DNA of 64,000 bases from Eledone cirrhosa (Eukaryota): NCBI GenBank assembly GCA_964016885.1, contig OZ024742.1:367288001-367352000 (forward strand). Reading direction: 5' to 3'. The translations under genes were made by a program, and so were the position numbers. Each line of letters begins with the position of its first letter. The first letter of the stretch is position 1. Positions 59,801 to 64,000 of this stretch are shown in pieces. A model generated the notes under the pieces. It was not told where the DNA came from. It saw only the letters and a program-made list of their open reading frames with translations, and did no database searches.

Positions 59801-62800
59801 CCTGAGCACATTTACAAAGAATATTACAGTATACATTTACTTGGGCACATTTACAAAGAATATTACAGTATACATGTACCTGAGCTCATTTACAAAGAAT
59901 ATTATAGTATACATGTACCTGAGCACATTTACAAAGAATATTACAGTATACATTTACCTGAGCTCATTTACTAGGAATATTACAGTATACATTTACTTGG
60001 GCACATTTACAAAGAATATTACAGTATACATGTACTTGGACACATTTACAAAGAATATTACAGTATACATTTACTTGGGCACATTTACAAAGAATATTAC
60101 AGTATACATGTACTTGGGCACATTTACAAAGAATATTACAGTATACATGTACTTGGGCACATTTACAAAGAATATTACAGTATACATGTACTGAGCACAT
60201 TTACAAAGAATATTACAGTATACATGTACCTGAGCACATCTACAAAGAATATTATAGTATACATGTACCTGAGCACATTTACAAAGAATATTACAGTATA
60301 CATGTACCGGAGCACATTTACAAAGAATATTACAGTATACATGTACCTGAGCACATTTACAAAGAATATTACAGTATACATGTACTTGGACACATTTACA
60401 AAGAATATTACAGTATACATTTACTTGGGCACATTTACAAAGAATATTACAGTATACATGTACTTGGGCACATTTACAAAGAATATTACAGTATACATGT
60501 ACTTGGGCACATTAACAAGAATATTACAGTATACATGTACGTGAGCACATTTACAAAGAATATTACAGTATACATTTACTTGGGCACATTTACAAAGAAT
60601 ATTACAGTATACATGTACCTGAGCTCATTTACAAAGAATATTATAGTATACATGTACCTGAGCACATTTACAAAGAATATTACAGTATACATTTACCTGA
60701 GCTCATTTACTAGGAATATTACAGTATACATTTACTTGGGCACATTTACAAAGAATATTACAGTATACATGTACTTGGACACATTTACAAAGAATATTAC
60801 AGTATACATTTACTTGGGCACATTTACAAAGAATATTACAGTATACATGTACTTGGGCACATTTACAAAAATATTACAGTATACATGTACTTGGGCACAT
60901 TTACAAAGAATATTACAGTATACATGTACCTGAGCACATTTACAAAGAATATTACAGTATACATGTACCTGAGCACATCTACAAAGAATATTATAGTATA
61001 CATGTACCTGAGCACATTTACAAAGAATATTACAGTATACATGTACCGGAGCACATTTACAAAGAATATTACAGTATACATGTACCTGAGCACATTTACA
61101 AAGAATATTACAGTATACATGTACTTGGGCACATTTACAAAGAATATTACAGTATACATGTACTTGGGCACATTAACAAGAATATTACAGTATACATGTA
61201 CCTGAGCACATTTACAAAGAATATTACAGTTTACATATAGCTGAGCACATTTACAAAGAATATTACAGTATACATGTACCTGAGCACATTTACAAAGAAT
61301 ATTACAGTATACATGTACCTGAGCACATTTACAAAGAATATTATAGTATACATGTACCTGAGCACATTTACAAAGAATATTACAGTATACATGTACCTGA
61401 GCACATTTACAAAGAATATTACAGTATACATGTACCTGAGCACATTTAAAAAGCATATTACAGTATACATGTACCGGAGCACATTTACAAACAATATTAC
61501 AGTATACATTTACCTGAGCACATTTACAAAGAATATTACAGTATACATATACCTGAGCACATTTACAAAGAATATTACTGTATACATTTACTTGGGCACA
61601 TTTACAAAGAATATTACAGTATACATGTACCTGAGCACATTTACAAAGAATATTACAGTATACATGTACCTGAGCACATTTACAAAGAATATTACAGTAT
61701 ACACATACCTGAGCTCATTTACAAAGAATATTACAGTATACATTTACTTGGGCACATTTACAAAGAATATTACAGTATACATGTACCTGAGCACATTTAC
61801 AAAGAATATTACAGTATACATTTACTTGGGCACATTTACAAAGAATATTACAGTATACATGTACCTGAGCTCATTTACGAAGAATATTATAGTATACATG
61901 TACCTGAGCACATTTACAAAGAATATTACAGTATACATTTACCTGAGCTCATTTACTAGGAATATTACAGTATACATTTACTTGGGCACATTTACAAAGA
62001 ATATTACAGTATACATGTACTTGGACACATTTACAAAGAATATTACAGTATGCATTTACTTGGGCACATTTACAAAGAATATTACAGTATACATGTACTT
62101 GGGCACATTTACAAAGAATATTACAGTATACATGTACTTGGGCACATTTACAAAGAATATTACAGTATACATGTACCTGAGCACATTTACAAAGAATATT
62201 ACAGTATACATGTACCTGAGCACATTTACAAAGAATATTACAGTATACATTTACCTGAGCTCATTTACTAGGAATATTACAGTATACATTTACTTGGGCA
62301 CATTTACAAAGAATATTACAGTATACATGTACTTGGACACATTTACAAAGAATATTACAGTATACATTTACTTGGGCACATTTACAAAGAATATTACAGT
62401 ATACATGTACTTGGACACATTTACAAAGAATATTACAGTATACATGTACTTGGGCACATTAACAAGAATATTACAGTATACATGTACCTGAGCACATTTA
62501 CAAAGAATATTACAGTATACATTTACTTGGGCACACTTACAAAGAATATTACAGTATACATGTACCTGAGCTCATTTACAAAGAATATTATAGTATACAT
62601 GTACCTGAGCACATTTACAAAGAATATTACAGTATACATTTACCTGAGCTCATTTACTAGGAATATTACAGTATACATTTACTTGGGCACATTTACAAAG
62701 AATATTACAGTATACATGTACTTGGACACATTTACAAAGAATATTACAGTATACATTTACTTGGGCACATTTACAAAGAATATTACAGTATACATGTACT

Positions 62801-64000
62801 TGGGCACATTTACAAAGAATATTACAGTATACATGTACTTGGGCACATTTACAAAGAATTTTACAGTATACATGTACCTGAGCACATTTACAAAGAATAT
62901 TACAGTATACATGTACCTGAGCACATCTACAAAGAATATTATAGTATACATGTACCTGAGCACATTTACAAAGAATATTACAGTATACATGTACCGGAGC
63001 ACATTTACAAAGAATATTACAGTATACATGTACCTGAGCACATTTACAAAGAATATTACAGTATACATGTACTTGGGCACATTTACAAAGAATATTACAG
63101 TATACATGTACTTGGGCACATTAACAAGAATATTACAGTATAAATGTACCTGAGCACATTTACAAAGAATATTACAGTATAAATGTACCTGAGCACATTT
63201 ACAAAGAATATTACAGTATACATGTACCTGAGCACATTTACAAAGAATATTACAGTATACATGTACCTGAGCACATTTAAAAAGCATATTACAGTATACA
63301 TGTACCGGAGCACATTTACAAACAATATTACAGTATACATTTACCTGAGCACATTTACAAAGAATATTACAGTATACATATACCTGAGCACATTTACAAA
63401 GAATATTACTGTATACATTTACTTGGGCACATTTACAAAGAATATTACAGTATACATGTACCTGAGCACATTTACAAAGAATATTACAGTATACATGTAC
63501 CTGAGCACATTTACAAAGAATATTACAGTATACACATACCTGAGCTCATTTACAAAGAATATTACAGTATACATTTACTTGGGCACATTTACAAAGAATA
63601 CTACAGTATACATGTACCTGAGCACATTTACAAAGAATATTACAGTATACATTTACTTGGGCACATTTACAAAGAATATTACAGTATACATGTACCTGAG
63701 CTCATTGACGAAGAATATTATAGTATACATGTACCTGAGCACATTTACAAAGAATATTACAGTATACATTTACCTGAGCTCATTTACTAGGAATATTACA
63801 GTATACATTTACTTGGGCACATTTACAAAGAATATCACAGTATACATGTACTTGGACACATTTACAAAGAATATTACAGTATACATTTACTTGGGCACAT
63901 TTACAAAGAATATTACAGTATACATGTACTTGGGCACATTTACAAAGAATATTACAGTATACATGTACTTGGGCACATTTACAAAGAATATTACAGTATA
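47900..64000. repeat. Right HOR domain with variable units, mostly 41-50 monomers
   Basis: Equivalent block starts are at 48927, 50797, 52472, 54420, 56017, 57848, 59796, 60535 and 62482 (spacings 1870, 1675, 1948, 1597, 1831, 1948, 739, 1947). Domain markers are TTTAAAAAGCAT, ATAGCTGAG, CATTGACGAAG and GTATGCATTTAC. Confidence 0.85.

Larger units (their letters stand above)
1..64000. repeat. 39-bp monomer tandem satellite array (about 1,640 copies, single orientation, extends beyond both window ends)
   Basis: Positions 1-39 (AGAATATTACAGTATACATGTACCTGAGCACATTTACAA) recur with period 39 throughout, mostly with 0-4 substitutions per copy and rare indel monomers of 33, 38 or 40 bp. All six-frame ORFs are 13-aa repeats. 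Confidence 0.99.

Noticed and set aside
1-64000. CRISPR array or other repeat-spacer system
   Set aside because: Units abut directly with no unique spacers, variation is limited to point substitutions, and there is no cas gene or leader.
1-64000. Telomerase-type repeat or a templated-diversification cassette array
   Set aside because: There is no G-rich strand bias. Variants are inherited in long ordered blocks, which fits duplication rather than template re-synthesis. No RT or recombinase is present. A subtelomeric location cannot be excluded.
1-64000. RIP-like CpA-to-TpA signature (ACAG to ATAG, CATGTA to CATATA)
   Set aside because: These are a few recurrent inherited variants. Most CpA/TpG sites remain intact and HOR copies are nearly identical, unlike RIP-mutated repeats.
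1-64000. Nucleosome-length periodicity (4 x 39 = 156, 5 x 39 = 195)
   Set aside because: I saw no 4- or 5-monomer periodicity of variants, and HOR sizes (29, 46, 51, 61, 63) are not consistent multiples of 4 or 5.

Overview
The whole 64-kb window is one uninterrupted head-to-tail tandem array (satellite DNA) of a 39-bp AT-rich monomer, consensus AGAATATTACAGTATACATGTAC(C/T)TG(A/G)GCACATTTACAA (12/39 G+C; about 1,640 copies). It runs off both ends, and I saw no inversion, insertion or unique sequence. Every ORF in the track is a 13-aa repeat translation of the monomer, so I call no genes, RNA genes, CRISPR arrays or mobile elements. The information lies in the order of variant monomers. Rare variants show nested higher-order repeats (HORs): 18-mer spacing and a 53/54-mer duplication at the left, a mosaic zone, a 46-52-mer domain, a homogeneous central 61-mer (2,378 bp) domain, and a 41-50-mer domain at the right that reuses blocks of the 46-52-mer domain. 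The central domain contains an 8.3-kb super-duplication and a younger 1,794-bp duplication. This layered layout resembles centromeric or pericentromeric satellite in eukaryotes, but organism and function cannot be established from this window. Domain boundaries are approximate to a few monomers.
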